Below are positions 20,735 through 32,002 of a stretch of 56,582 nt of DNA, in pieces. Both the position numbers and the translations under genes were made by a program. The stretch is taken from positions 1 to 56,582 of the forward strand of contig JAYTHY010000114.1 in NCBI GenBank assembly GCA_043732185.1, written 5' to 3'. Origin of the DNA: Fibrobacteria bacterium (GTDB lineage Bacteria; Fibrobacterota; Fibrobacteria; UBA11236). The notes beneath the pieces were generated by a model. That model worked only from the letters and a program-made list of their open reading frames with translations, had not been told where the DNA came from and did no database searches. Each line of letters begins with the position of its first letter. Positions within the stretch are counted from its first letter, which is position 1.

Positions 20735-21036
20735 TTTTTCACCGAATGATGGGAACGTGCCAGGTGAAAAGCTTGAAGTGCAATAATGGGATCCCTTAAG
20801 TTTTAAGTGGAAACCAAAAGTAGTCTTCCCGAACAGGCGAATAATTATTTGATGCTTTCGATTCCGTGCTATACCCATCACTTCCAGCCTTTCATGCGAT
20901 GTGGTCGTCCGGTAGGCTGCTCAACTGGCGCTTGCCCTTGACCAGTAATCCTGTAATTTTAACTCTAGACGGAGCGTTTGTCGGTGGATTGTTGAGTTGG
21001 GGTTGAAAATATTATTCATGAACGGAAAGGAATATT

Positions 21037-21306
21037 ATGAAGTGATTTAAAACCGCGGGTCTATTCGTTTTTTCCCTGGCGATTTTGACAGCTTGCCAAA
21101 CCAATGAAAGATCTTCAATAGTGAATTTGAGTCCTCAGGAATTGAAACTTCCCAAGGATAAACAGGTTTATATCTATTGCCGTAGCGGCGGACGCAGTAA
21201 GGCTTCCGCACCGGTTTTTCTCAAAGCGGGATTTAAGCAAGTGGTCAATTTGGTCCAGGGAATTACCGCTTGGCAGGAAGCCGGAATGCCAGTAAGCGCG
21301 GAATAA
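21037..21306 (+). pseudogene. Rhodanese-like lipoprotein remnant
   Basis: ATG AAG TGA then in-frame FKTAGLFVFSLAILTAC lipobox; active-site YCRSGGRS; the DVR..GH segment is missing. Confidence 0.75.
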
Positions 21307-21364
21307 CACTACCCGAAACCTTTCAAATAAAAAGTCCCTGTAGACTCCGCCACCCTTCGCCATT

Positions 21365-21418
21365 ATGGCCGTCCGCGTATTCTTCTTCAGGGCGGACATC
21401 CACGATTTGGGCGTCGTC
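21365..21418 (-). pseudogene. Orphan rhodanese-domain fragment
   Basis: Minus strand reads DDAQIVDVRPEEEYADGH. Confidence 0.6.
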
Positions 21419-21439
21419 CTAAACCAGGGTCGCGAAGCA

Positions 21440-21623
21440 CAGTAAGGCTACGACACCCATCCCCATGCAACCCCGACAATGTCGACAAGATCAGGGGTTT
21501 GGAGAGGGGTCCATGGTCTTCGCCGCCAACCCGCTCCGGGGCGTCCATCACTATGGTATGCCCGTCGACGGCGGTATTGAATTCCATCTTGCCCATCCAT
21601 TGGGTCTCTATTTCATGTGCCAT
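21440..21623 (-). pseudogene. OsmC/YhfA-family 5' fragment
   Basis: WMGKMEF..GHTIVMDAPERVGGEDHGP..KPLIL; frameshift to GCMGMGVVALL; then truncated. Confidence 0.75.
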
Positions 21624-21639
21624 AATCGGGGAGCCGAGT

Positions 21640-21945
21640 CAGTTACATAAGTTACAGTTCCCCGGGACGTGGCTGGTTCGGTGGCAATTTGCTCATGGGA
21701 GAGATTGATAGGACTTGATACGGAATCTTTGACCTTCTCCTTGAGATAAGCCACGAGGCGTTGATCGAGATTCTGGAAAGCAATAAGATCGATGGTTTTC
21801 AACAATTCATTGAAACGGTTGCGGATGGTCTTCATCACGAAATTCTTCCAGGATGGAAATTTTGCCAATCAATCATCCATGGCCTCGATGGGAACCATCA
21901 GCATTTCAACATCTTCTTCCGCTTCAACCCGCGAAACCTTGGAAT
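21640..21945 (-). pseudogene. Crp/Fnr-family regulator fragment
   Basis: AEEDVEMLMVP..MDD*LAKFPSWKNF..IDLIAFQNLDQRL..SHEQIA..TSR; TGA at 21869-21871; both ends missing. Confidence 0.75.
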
Positions 21946-22149
21946 AGTTGTTGTCATATCGCCATCTTCACAAATCCATTACGTTGTGAGCCTGATCGGG
22001 GTTCCTTTCGATAAACGAAATGTGGAAGACATTACTTTCTCGTCGGTCCCATGTTGGAGCCACCCAGAGCGCCAGTTGCATGGGTGCTGTCTATGAATGT
22101 CTCTTTAATCTCAAAAGGGAATTGAGGAGGCATTACCATCAGACAATTC

Positions 22150-22430
22150 CTGTTGGAAAATTTCATTCAATTTTTCGATATCCAATGGCGCACCGATACC
22201 CTTTTTAAGGAAATCAAAAAGAACAAGGTGATTTTGACCAGTGGTGAAGGAATCACTTATAAGATGGACATGCTGATGCCGCCTTTTACCGATTCGAAGC
22301 CCCTAATTGCCACGCCGGAACTTGTGGATGAGAAGGGCTTTGTGGAATGCTACGACTCGTACCAGTATTTGAAATACAAAAATGTCTTCGCCGTCGGATT
22401 AGCGGTTCAATTAAAGGGCCCGCAGGAACC
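22150..22430 (+). pseudogene. Sulfide:quinone reductase-like FAD oxidoreductase internal fragment
   Basis: MLMPPF..LVDEKGFV..YQYLKYKNVFAVGLAV; no N-terminal GxGxxG. Confidence 0.6.
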
Positions 22431-22548
22431 CAAGGCAATTAGATCATACCGACATGGATTTGGAATGACTTTCTCGCAAAGACGACGAGAAAATATCGCG
22501 GCAACGCCGTATATTGGTCAGAAATAGCAGGCGCAGAAGTTTAACGTC

Positions 22549-23979
22549 TTGGGGGACATCATCTCAAATTCCATCAGCAGAAACAAATATAAATGGGCCT
22601 ATGCGGCCGCCATTTTGATGACTCTCACGGCTCCGGTCGTCGCCCAAAGTTTTTCCCATTCCGACTCCGGATGGGTTAAAATTTGGAACGGCAAGGATTG
22701 GAGCGAAGGCAATATTTTCTCGCGCGTCTATGGAGCCACGGCGCCTCCCATGTATCCTCCAGCATCCACGTGGCAAATCCTGTATCCGGGCACGGACACG
22801 GCCGCCATCTATGTTTCCTCCACGTCGCAGAACCAAGGGAATATCGGTACCAAGAAGAATACCTATAGCCATTATCGCATGCGCGTGGAAGGAAAGTTCG
22901 ATGTGCTGGGCCCCAATGCCACCGGCGGCGACAATGCCGGCATCACCTATCATGGCGACGAGACCGCCGCTCGTATGCAGAATAACTGGCCTCGTTCCAT
23001 CGAATTTCAGATGCGCCAAATCGAAACCGGCGCGGCTTTTTCCATCCAGCATGTCACCTTCGATACCAAGGTAACGGGCAATAGCTACAATCAGAACGGC
23101 ACGGCCGTGAAGGTTTGCGAAACCGGATGCAATGCCCGTAACTACAACGGCAGCCCGCTCATTTCCAATGGGTCGGGTGGCAAAACCCGCTGGCTGCAAT
23201 ACGAATTGGTGGCGCGTGGATCAGATAGTGCTTTCCATATCGTCAATGACACCGTGGTCTTCCGGCTTTCCAATATCCGGATCTATAATGACGTGACCAC
23301 CAATAAAACCCCGGACGGTCCTTGGGATCATGGCCAATTCGGCCTGCAATCCGAGGGCGCCCTGGTGAAATACCGTCGCTGGGAAATCATGGAGTTCCCG
23401 GCGGGTACGCCCAAGGGTGAAAATTACTTGCATCGATTCTTCCTGGACGCTCCCGTCAAAGGCGCCGCCATCACCGCCAATTCCACCTTCACGATCAAAT
23501 GGCGCAGCCTGGGAAATATTCCCAGCGTCACTCTGGAGTACGGCATCGGTGCTTCCGGCACATGGCAGTCCATGGGCACGGTAACGGGCAATTCCGGCAC
23601 CTATGACTGGAACGTTCCCGCTTCGGTGACCGGCGACGTGCGCGTGCGCATTTCCGGGCCTGCATGGGCTGGCGCAGATTCCAGTAATGGTACCGGAGTT
23701 ACCGGACTGGATAAAAGCTTTCCCGGTTCCCAGGCGTACCGGAGCCCGGTCGCTTTCTCTATCGAAGGCAAGGATGAAGTGGCTTCCCATATCGAAAGCT
23801 ATTCCCGCGTCGAAATCAGAAATATCTTCGGTCGCGCCGTCCGCGTCTTTTCGATTCAACGAGCGAATCTGATCTGGGACCGCCATGATGACCAGGGCGC
23901 GCGGGTTAAGTCGGGAATCTATTTCGTCCGTCTCTTGGGCAATGGCGTTCAAGAAACCTTCCCCATATCCATTTTCTAA
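22549..23979 (+). CDS. Secreted DUF1080 (3-keto-disaccharide hydrolase-like) protein with Ig-like domain and FlgD/T9SS-like CTD
   Basis: GWVKIWNGKDW, YSHYRMRVE, DNAG, WPRSIEFQ, GLQSEG; C-tail WDRHDDQGARVKSGIYFVRL; start uncertain. Confidence 0.8.
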   Translation: MGDIISNSISRNKYKWAYAAAILMTLTAPVVAQSFSHSDSGWVKIWNGKDWSEGNIFSRVYGATAPPMYPPASTWQILYPGTDTAAIYVSSTSQNQGNIGTKKNTYSHYRMRVEGKFDVLGPNATGGDNAGITYHGDETAARMQNNWPRSIEFQMRQIETGAAFSIQHVTFDTKVTGNSYNQNGTAVKVCETGCNARNYNGSPLISNGSGGKTRWLQYELVARGSDSAFHIVNDTVVFRLSNIRIYNDVTTNKTPDGPWDHGQFGLQSEGALVKYRRWEIMEFPAGTPKGENYLHRFFLDAPVKGAAITANSTFTIKWRSLGNIPSVTLEYGIGASGTWQSMGTVTGNSGTYDWNVPASVTGDVRVRISGPAWAGADSSNGTGVTGLDKSFPGSQAYRSPVAFSIEGKDEVASHIESYSRVEIRNIFGRAVRVFSIQRANLIWDRHDDQGARVKSGIYFVRLLGNGVQETFPISIF

Positions 23980-24244
23980 TCATCGTCGTGCCTAGTGCGT
24001 AGCCTGCAGGTTAAGGCCTCGACGATTCGCTCAGTCTATTGAACTAAGTGCGGAGTGTTTTTGTATTGATTTGGCCAAGTCCAGCGGCACGAAGAAAAAT
24101 CCGTATTCATATTCCAGTCCAAAGGAATACTCGAAAAATCCACTGTACCAAGGAGCACATGCATATAATATTATGCGTGCGAATTTTAGCCGCTGGTAGT
24201 TTCGTTAAAAATACGTTTTCAAAAGGAAACCGTATTGTTAAAAA

Positions 24245-25252
24245 TTATTTTGACAGGTGGAAAAGAGGATCGGAGTTAAGCTTGCGATCCAATTGCCCAT
24301 TCATTCGGTACTGTGCTTGAGGACCAATGGACTTCCAGCTTCCCATTTGCTTGCGCTGAAACAACCCGGTTGATCCCATGATATCCAGAACGAAAACCCT
24401 ATCTGTCTCTATAATGCCGAAAGCTTGTAAAGATCCGCCGAATAAATAGATCTTACTGCCCATGGTTACGCATGCGATTCCATGCATTGGCGTAGGAAGA
24501 TCAGCTAAATAGGACCATTTACCAGTCGCAGGATCGAAAATTTCTGTGGACTTTATCAGTTTCGGAACTCCATTCACATAGGTTTCTCCGCCAGTCACTA
24601 CAATTTTTCCTCCGACAACGGCTGCTGGAAATCCGCTTCGTACATCTTGCATGGGGATACCATCTGTCCACACCTTAGTAGTCGTATCATAAATTTCTAC
24701 CGAACTTAATACACCGTCGTTACCCTTACCTCCGAGCACATAGATCTTGCTCCCCAAAGCAACCGCATTGACATGACCCCGCAAAGTTTTCAAGGGTGCC
24801 AAATCCATCCATTTATCTTCCAAAGGGGAGTAACTCTGAAGTTTCAGCAGTCCGCCTCCCATTACATAAATTTTGTTTCCCAGAGCCACTGATGTGCCGT
24901 CAAATCGATAATCACTGCCAGTTTTTTCGGTCCATTGATCCGTGCTTGGATCGTATACCCATGTTTTCCCGTGCATGACATAAACCTTATTTTGATAACC
25001 AGCCATCATATGGTGGTCCTGCCCCACGGGCATGCTGGCAACGGCTTTCCACTTGTTATTGGCCAAATCATATGCATCAACACTGGTCTTTGGTCCAGGC
25101 GCCCCTCCCGCTACATAGGCTACGCCATTAATCAGGACGGCGCGCATTTCGCACCGGGTGGTAGGCATCCGAGCGCCTTCGTACCAGGAATTTGATTGTG
25201 CGAATATGTTTACTGCAAAAATTATGGTCATGGCTGAAATGAATTTTTTCAT
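24245..25252 (-). CDS. Secreted Kelch-repeat beta-propeller protein
   Basis: Six YVxGG..YDP..W repeats; signal peptide MKKFISAM; start set at ATG 25252 after GGAG. Confidence 0.88.
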   Translation of the reverse strand: MKKFISAMTIIFAVNIFAQSNSWYEGARMPTTRCEMRAVLINGVAYVAGGAPGPKTSVDAYDLANNKWKAVASMPVGQDHHMMAGYQNKVYVMHGKTWVYDPSTDQWTEKTGSDYRFDGTSVALGNKIYVMGGGLLKLQSYSPLEDKWMDLAPLKTLRGHVNAVALGSKIYVLGGKGNDGVLSSVEIYDTTTKVWTDGIPMQDVRSGFPAAVVGGKIVVTGGETYVNGVPKLIKSTEIFDPATGKWSYLADLPTPMHGIACVTMGSKIYLFGGSLQAFGIIETDRVFVLDIMGSTGLFQRKQMGSWKSIGPQAQYRMNGQLDRKLNSDPLFHLSK

Positions 25253-25582
25253 TTTTATTCTCCAAAAAATCGTGAACGGCAACGGATTTCAATGCGATAA
25301 CATAACCCAACGTCAAGAAGCACGTCTTCGATTTTATTCGCTGAAATCAATAATTAACGCGCATCAGACAATAGAAAATACGAAGCCCTTTTCCAATCAA
25401 TAATCTCCCCAAATTCACTTCTTCCTTAAACTTAAATGGTGAAACTTCGCCGTTTTGCCTTGGCCAAAGCTATGATCCAAATGGCCAATGGACGGAAGGC
25501 AATACGTGATAATTGTGACAGATGATTGTTTTTTATTTATCTAAGAGATTGCGGCGCCTTGGTTGCAAGCAAAGGAAATTCC

Positions 25583-27368
25583 ATGAATTCTGATATTCAA
25601 AACGAATCCGATTCATTTTACCATCAATTGGTGAATGAAATGCCGCTTGGATTCGCACACTGTGAAATGATTTTTGACAAGGGGAATCCCATCGATTTTG
25701 TCTACTTAGCTGTAAACAAAGCTTTTTATCAACTAACGGGTTTTGGCAATGTGATTGGTAAAAGAATCTCCGAAATAATACCGGACCTCCCCAGCACAAA
25801 CGCTGAGTTGCTAGAAGGCTATGGCCGCGTAGCCTTGACAGGGCAAAGTGAAAATTTTGAAGCCGAAATTCCAGCCATCAATATGTGGCTGAATACTTCC
25901 GTTCAGTCTTCTCAGCGAGGCCACTTCATCGCAATTTTTGAAAATATCACCGGATTTAAAAATACGATACATCAACAAAACCTACCCCGGCGTCTCAATT
26001 GAACAAGTCAAAGGCAGTCCCATCTTGAATTGGATTCAGCCAGAGCATCGAGATGCTTATGATCGGATGTTAAATAAGGCGTTAGCATCCAACGAATTAT
26101 GTGAGCTAGAGACCATGGGTACTGGTGTAGATGGGCGAGCTACTTATTATCTCAGTCGAGTCAAAGCCATTACTGAAAATGGACAGACGACCGGTCTCAT
26201 CATGATAGGCCAAGATATGACCCATCGTCGCTTGTACGAAGAAAGATTGCAGGTATCCCAAAAACTCGAATCACTTGGGCTTCTCGCCGGTGGAATCGCT
26301 CACGACTTCAATAATTTGATGGGCGGCATTTTCGGTTATATTGATATCGCCAAAGAAATATTGGGTGACCAGGAAATATCGAAATACCTCGCCAAGGCTT
26401 TAAATACAATGGAGAGGGCGCGCAACCTCACACACCAATTATTGACCTTTTCCAAAGGTGGCTCGCCCAAGCAAGCCATAGGCCCCCTCTTTCCTTTCGT
26501 TCAAGAAACCGTTCACTTTATTCTCACTGGAGCGGATATATCCTGCAGCTTTGAACACGCGTCTGATTTGTGGCTTTGTAATTTCGACACTAACCAAATC
26601 GGACAAGTCATCGACAATTTGTTCATTAATGCCAAACAAGCCATGCCCAATGGTGGAAACATTCGTATTCGCGCCGAGAATTTTGAAAATATTGGGCTTC
26701 AGAAGCCTTTCCTGGCTCCTGGAAAATTCGCGATCCTCTCCGTCCATGATTCTGGATCGGGAATTTCACAAAACCAAATCGCAAAAATATTCGATCCTTT
26801 TTTTACCACTAAGGACAAGGGTCATGGACTGGGATTGGCAACGTCTTATTCCATCGTTAAGCGACATGGTGGACTCATCGAAGTAGACTCCGAAGTCAAT
26901 AAAGGCTCGGTTTTTAGGGTTTATTTACCTGCTGCTCATAGTGCCGTAGTCAATGAACCCGAATTGATACTCACGCTCCATCATGGCCAAGGATCGATCT
27001 TGGTCATGGATGACGAAATTGTCATGCGAGAAACCATTTGTGACATGTTGCAATTGCTTGGATACGAATCTTTTGCCATTGAAAATGGTGAGCAGGTATT
27101 AGACTACCTCCAAGCAAGCCATACCAAGAACCAGCCAATTGTAGCCATGATTATTGATCTCACAATACCAGGAGGGATGGGCGGAAAAGCCGTAGTCGCT
27201 GAAATCCGTAAAAGGAATCTTGAAATCCCCATTTTCGTTTCGAGTGGATACAGTGCCGATCCAGTGATGGTTTCACCGCAGGAATACGGGTTTACTGCTA
27301 GCCTTTGCAAACCCTTTCGCAAGGTCGACCTTGGCGAAATCTTGGAAAAATATTTGCCAAGGGCTTAG
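25583..27368 (+). pseudogene. PAS-PAS hybrid histidine kinase-receiver (CckA-like), frameshifted
   Basis: PAS1 ends FENIT; PAS2-HisKA (AGGIAHDFNN)-HATPase (DPFFTTK, GLGL)-REC continue in another frame from about 25945; the linker is missing. Confidence 0.8.
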
Positions 27369-27538
27369 GTGGGATCGCCTCGACATTTACCTTAGGCCGA
27401 AATTCGGCCGCCTTCACCGTTTATGATATGGTGTGCGGTGCGAATTGCTTAAAAATAAAAGCCAAAATCGAATTATGATGGTAAAATTTAAAAATGAATA
27501 TCTGAATAGCACTCGATTCATTTGGAAAATAGGGCGTC

Positions 27539-28255
27539 ATGTTTTCTGCTAATGTTCTCTACTTACTGAGAAATTTTCGCTCCAAAAAACTATTTGCGGC
27601 CCTTGAAAACCATGCGAAAGGGAAGATTTTGGACGTCGGTGGCGGGTCTTTTTTTTCATTTATCAAAGATCGTCCCATCAAGTTTGATACCTGGACAACA
27701 CTGGAAAGAAATTCCGAAAATATACCGGCCTTTGCGGACCCCAGATTCAATTTGGTCATTGGAAATGGCTGCCATACGGAATTTCCCTCTAATAATTTTG
27801 ATTTGGTACTGAATATCCAGGTACTTGAACACGAATATGAACCGTTACGAATGATTCAGGAAATTTTTAGGGTTTTAAAACCTGGTGGAACTGGGATTTT
27901 TCTGATTCCTCAAACCGCTAACATCCATTTGGTGCCATTCCATTTTTACAACTTTACGATTTTCTTTATCAAGCGGGCATTTGCCGAGGCAGGATTTCAA
28001 TTTGAAGAGATCACGCCTCTCGGCGGAGGATGGAGTACAATAGCATCAAGGCTCTTCTATATGGTCCTCCAGGGATTCAGCACAAAAGGTTTTGTATATA
28101 CTGGAACGAGGAAAAATCTTTTTTACTTGCTCCTTCCGTTTATGGTTATTTACTCCATAGTCAATATTCCGATATGTCTATTTTTTTCCTTGGCGGATAT
28201 TAATGAAGAGCCCAACAATCATCTGGTTGTTGTAAAAAAGCCACTTCTTCCTTAA
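27539..28255 (+). CDS. Class I SAM-dependent methyltransferase (Methyltransf_11)
   Basis: ILDVGGG, FDLVLNIQVLEH, RVLKPGG. Confidence 0.88.
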   Translation: MFSANVLYLLRNFRSKKLFAALENHAKGKILDVGGGSFFSFIKDRPIKFDTWTTLERNSENIPAFADPRFNLVIGNGCHTEFPSNNFDLVLNIQVLEHEYEPLRMIQEIFRVLKPGGTGIFLIPQTANIHLVPFHFYNFTIFFIKRAFAEAGFQFEEITPLGGGWSTIASRLFYMVLQGFSTKGFVYTGTRKNLFYLLLPFMVIYSIVNIPICLFFSLADINEEPNNHLVVVKKPLLP

Positions 28256-28258
28256 GTT

Positions 28259-29776
28259 TCAATGGAGAATATTTTTCATCCGAGCATTCTGAAATAGATA
28301 GAGATCGTGCTTAGCAAAGACTGGTTTCCAATCAGGTGAGTCCAATAACCCTGAAATGTTTCGGTCTAAATCTTTTCTATAGATATGGTACTCTTGCGTA
28401 AAAGTACCGTCCAAAATGATATAGTCAAAATCTTGTATAGGCGCGGTTCTTTTCATCCATTCGGACGCTGTCTTCCGCCCCGCGAAGAGCGATGTGAATG
28501 GTGCGCTAATGATTACCGAAGCTTTGCTTGGCACCAGTGAACGGATTTCCCGAACATCGCGGACCCTATCAAAATTTGCTGCTGGAATCGAAAAATTCGG
28601 CCTCCAGATTGGATAACACAAAATTCCAGTGACCGCACATGCAAAAAATATTTTACCAAATACCTGTTTTTTTATCCCAGAAAAGGGCAGGGTTGTATTG
28701 TTCCTCAGGGCTGCAATTCGCTTGTCATCCATAGACAATATCCATCCTGATAGACATAGGAAAACCAAGGGAAGTGAATAATGAGAACCCATTGACTGGA
28801 AAACAGGATCTGGAAATGCTAAGTAAAACATTATTAGTGGCAGTGGAATTAAAAGATATCGCTTTGGCAATGCCAACATGAGTGGAAGAAAAGGAAGCGT
28901 TAAATGAAAGACAAAATACAACGTATTAGTACTAAACCATTGGTCTAGAATTTGGCTAAATGAAGAGGGTAGATAGGAAATCATAATATTTCCTTTTGGG
29001 GTAAATTGGGGTAAAACGGCAAAGCGATAAAAACCCATCTGGATGCAACAAAGCAAGCCTGGTAATAAAATCCATTTCCACGTCCGTCTTTCAACAAGAG
29101 CGACTAAGAGAAGGCCTCCAATAGCAAGGGTGAAAACCTCCTTACTAAAAGCTAAAGCTGCCGTACATAATAAGAAGTGGTACAGTTTTTTTTCGCGATA
29201 GGCATCCAGTGCCATAACCAGTATAGGTATCGCTATAAATTCAATGTGGAACCCATTAAAAAATTGTGAGGCAACCGGTGGACTAAGTAGAATTGTGGCG
29301 ATGCCAAATCCGGCAATTTCCGGGAACCCCGACAATCGACGCATCGCCAATACTGATCCTGCTAATATACACAGGTACATGCCTATTTTTAGACCTATTG
29401 CGCCCGCTAAGGCCTCAATAGGTACCCAAACCAAGCCTAAATACTGAGAATGAATCCCGAAAAAATTACTGTCGTTCATTGAGCTATAAGCTGAGCCATG
29501 GGCCATGTTCCACAGAGCGGATACATACCAAGCATGATCATAATCTCCCAGATCTTGGAAATGAATAAATTGCCAAAGACCCAATGCTGGGAGTATCACC
29601 AAGCTGAAAGACATAAAAATGAACGCAACTTTTCCCATTTTAAGCTTATCCCAATAAAAATAAGCCCAGTAAAAGGCAGACAATAGCACGATTCCCACCA
29701 CGAAATACCCAAGAGAATAGTGACGTTGGAAAAAGTAGAGAAACGCAATCAGGGGAATAGCTAAAACGGAAAACAC
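28259..29776 (-). CDS. DUF2079-like polytopic membrane protein
   Basis: Many TM segments; D..WY..ALWN, FFGIHS, FH.E, SKE, HYSLPL motifs. Confidence 0.7.
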   Translation of the reverse strand: MFSVLAIPLIAFLYFFQRHYSLGYFVVGIVLLSAFYWAYFYWDKLKMGKVAFIFMSFSLVILPALGLWQFIHFQDLGDYDHAWYVSALWNMAHGSAYSSMNDSNFFGIHSQYLGLVWVPIEALAGAIGLKIGMYLCILAGSVLAMRRLSGFPEIAGFGIATILLSPPVASQFFNGFHIEFIAIPILVMALDAYREKKLYHFLLCTAALAFSKEVFTLAIGGLLLVALVERRTWKWILLPGLLCCIQMGFYRFAVLPQFTPKGNIMISYLPSSFSQILDQWFSTNTLYFVFHLTLPFLPLMLALPKRYLLIPLPLIMFYLAFPDPVFQSMGSHYSLPLVFLCLSGWILSMDDKRIAALRNNTTLPFSGIKKQVFGKIFFACAVTGILCYPIWRPNFSIPAANFDRVRDVREIRSLVPSKASVIISAPFTSLFAGRKTASEWMKRTAPIQDFDYIILDGTFTQEYHIYRKDLDRNISGLLDSPDWKPVFAKHDLYLFQNARMKNILH

Positions 29777-30022
29777 TAGTAGCCCAGTTTTCTAATCACG
29801 CCCAATCGTCCGAATTAGACAGGGAAATGTCAACGAATTTCAGTGAAATTCAAGATCCGAGGACGTAACCGTTGGAGGAACCACTTCCCTCGATCGTCGG
29901 AATTTTCCAATCTTTACTCGGCTTAGGTGGAAAGAGTAGATACAATTACCAAAAAGAATAATGAAAACTTTTCCATCTTTTGCTGTTTTGATCTACCCAA
30001 CTCCACCTAGTTCTATTTGACT

Positions 30023-31915
30023 CTACTTGGCTTTATTTGGTGCCAAGTCTTTATCAGTTACGATTCTACTACGTACCCTTCCACCTGAAAGATCGAAATT
30101 CTGATTGGATTCAGCCTTCCGGAAAATGGGCGTAGGATTACGGTTCAATCGGCTACCCGAAGCGGATTTGATTCGAGTTAAACCGGCTTTGCTGCGAATA
30201 ATTGTTGGAATATTTACTAACACCTGCACTTCAGCCAAGCTGAGATAATTTGTGCCCGTCAATTCCACCTTTACAAAGCGCGCTGTTCTACCTCCCGCAT
30301 CGATGAGGGTATTTGGGCTAGGAGCACTCGTTTGATGGCTAGTCCAAACTAGAGTTTGGTTGTTGTCCAACAAAATAACATTATAGTCGCTCAACCGATC
30401 GACGGATTCACTTCGATTGAAAATATTGACAGCAGTGATGGCATAGTCATTTAGGAGATCCACCATCCACCATGCGCCTGCCGAATTGTCCGTGTGGGTA
30501 ACGGAGTTGCTGGAAAAATTGCCGTCGGTATTCCCGTCGATTGCGCGATCCGGAGTCCCTGCAAAAGCCAAGGAGCTTTGTGTTGCAGTCCCCCCTATTG
30601 CGACATTCTTAAAAGTAATGAAAGGCTTGTTTGGATTCACAATTATTTTAAGAATTGTATAGAGGCTGTCAATATTCTGGAGCGGCAAGGTAATCCTGAG
30701 ATTGAACTGCGTTTGCTCAACGACAGGCGTACCGCCAGTCAAGCTGGCGGTGGACATGATGGTGGAATTTAATGGAGGTATGGTAACCGTCCCATTGAAT
30801 TTTTTGAGATGCAGGTACACGGTATCCCCTTTATGAGTCGATCCGCCCCAACTTCCGCTCGGTATGTAGCCTCCCGTAGTTCCATAAATGCTTTGTCCAT
30901 ATTTATCCATCCACTGTCCGATTTCCTTTAGACGCCCTACTTGGAGAGGATCGATAATGCCATCTGGACGCGGACCCACATTCAGGAGACAGTTGCCGCC
31001 GCCATCCGCTGTACCGACTATCATGTCTATCAATGCGCGCAAAGGTTTGACACCTCCCGTGGGATTCCAAGCCCATTGACCCCCGCCGTCGATTGTCATG
31101 CACGATTCCCAGGCGTGAAGCGTATCAAACGCACCGATTGTCTGTTCCGGGGTGCCGTAATCACTAACGCTGCCATGATCACCGCGTCCATTAACCAAAA
31201 TCCATGGTTGTTTTTGCTGCATTCTTTTCAGAAGTGCTTGCGGATCCGCTCCAATGGAACTGCCATCCCACCAGACGGTTTCAACACGCCCATAATTGGT
31301 CAACAGCTCATCTACTACCTGATTGGTATACTGGGTCAAATACTCGCTTGAATAAGGGGTCGTATCCTGCGAAGGATGAACATACCAATCCGTTGGAGAA
31401 TAATAGAGTCCCAAACCCATGCCCATTTTATGCGCGGAGTCCGCCATCTCTTTAACGATGTCGCGGCGAAACGGAGAATTAGGGGACATAATATTATAAG
31501 GTGTCAGCTTAGTGTTGAATTCGCAAAATCCGTCATGATGCTTCGTAACCAAAACCATGTATTTCATGCCGGCACTTTGGGCAATGCGAACCCATTCGCC
31601 TGCGTTATATCCCGTTGGATTGAAGGTTTTATATAGACTGTCGTATTCGGCAGTTGGGATACCTCCGCCTCTAGACCAACTGATCTCTTGGCCACGCTGA
31701 GCAACCGGTCCCCAATGAATAAACATACCGAAACGCTGGTTTTTCCACCAAGCCAACTGCTGCGCATGGGTGGTATCCCCTGCGTGGTCCTGGCCAGGCA
31801 AGGCCTGGCCAGGCAAAGCCTGGGCATGCACGGTTAAGGCTGATAGCAGGAAGCCTGTTGCACACGCCCTCCCCAATAAACCCAGATTTAGTGTTTTTGG
31901 AACCAATCTTTTCAT
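30023..31915 (-). CDS. Secreted alpha-L-fucosidase (GH29) with F-type lectin domain
   Basis: RFGMFIHWG, VTKHHDGF, WWDG, TPEQ, WESC, LLNVGP; C-terminal NVA..ATQSS..RAIDGN..THT..WWMVDL..LSLAEVQV. Confidence 0.92.
   Translation of the reverse strand: MKRLVPKTLNLGLLGRACATGFLLSALTVHAQALPGQALPGQDHAGDTTHAQQLAWWKNQRFGMFIHWGPVAQRGQEISWSRGGGIPTAEYDSLYKTFNPTGYNAGEWVRIAQSAGMKYMVLVTKHHDGFCEFNTKLTPYNIMSPNSPFRRDIVKEMADSAHKMGMGLGLYYSPTDWYVHPSQDTTPYSSEYLTQYTNQVVDELLTNYGRVETVWWDGSSIGADPQALLKRMQQKQPWILVNGRGDHGSVSDYGTPEQTIGAFDTLHAWESCMTIDGGGQWAWNPTGGVKPLRALIDMIVGTADGGGNCLLNVGPRPDGIIDPLQVGRLKEIGQWMDKYGQSIYGTTGGYIPSGSWGGSTHKGDTVYLHLKKFNGTVTIPPLNSTIMSTASLTGGTPVVEQTQFNLRITLPLQNIDSLYTILKIIVNPNKPFITFKNVAIGGTATQSSLAFAGTPDRAIDGNTDGNFSSNSVTHTDNSAGAWWMVDLLNDYAITAVNIFNRSESVDRLSDYNVILLDNNQTLVWTSHQTSAPSPNTLIDAGGRTARFVKVELTGTNYLSLAEVQVLVNIPTIIRSKAGLTRIKSASGSRLNRNPTPIFRKAESNQNFDLSGGRVRSRIVTDKDLAPNKAK
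31789..31823. repeat. 15-bp in-frame tandem duplication (QALPG x2)
   Basis: cctggccaggcaagg / cctggccaggcaaag, right after the signal peptide. Confidence 0.8.
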
Positions 31916-32002
31916 TATTTGTCCTTTGTTATGGTAAATGTTTTTGATTCAGTATTTGTAAAAACAGGTTTGCCGTTGCTAAATCCAGTGACTTCTCCAA
32001 AC

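Noticed and set aside
21043..21871. TGA recoding (Trp or Sec) suggested by two in-frame TGAs at Trp-like positions
   Set aside because: Both lie in otherwise broken genes; TGA serves as stop in ATGA-coupled operons and Trp is TGG in intact genes
27395..27409. GGCCGA-AAT-TCGGCC hairpin as terminator
   Set aside because: Short stem with no U-tract
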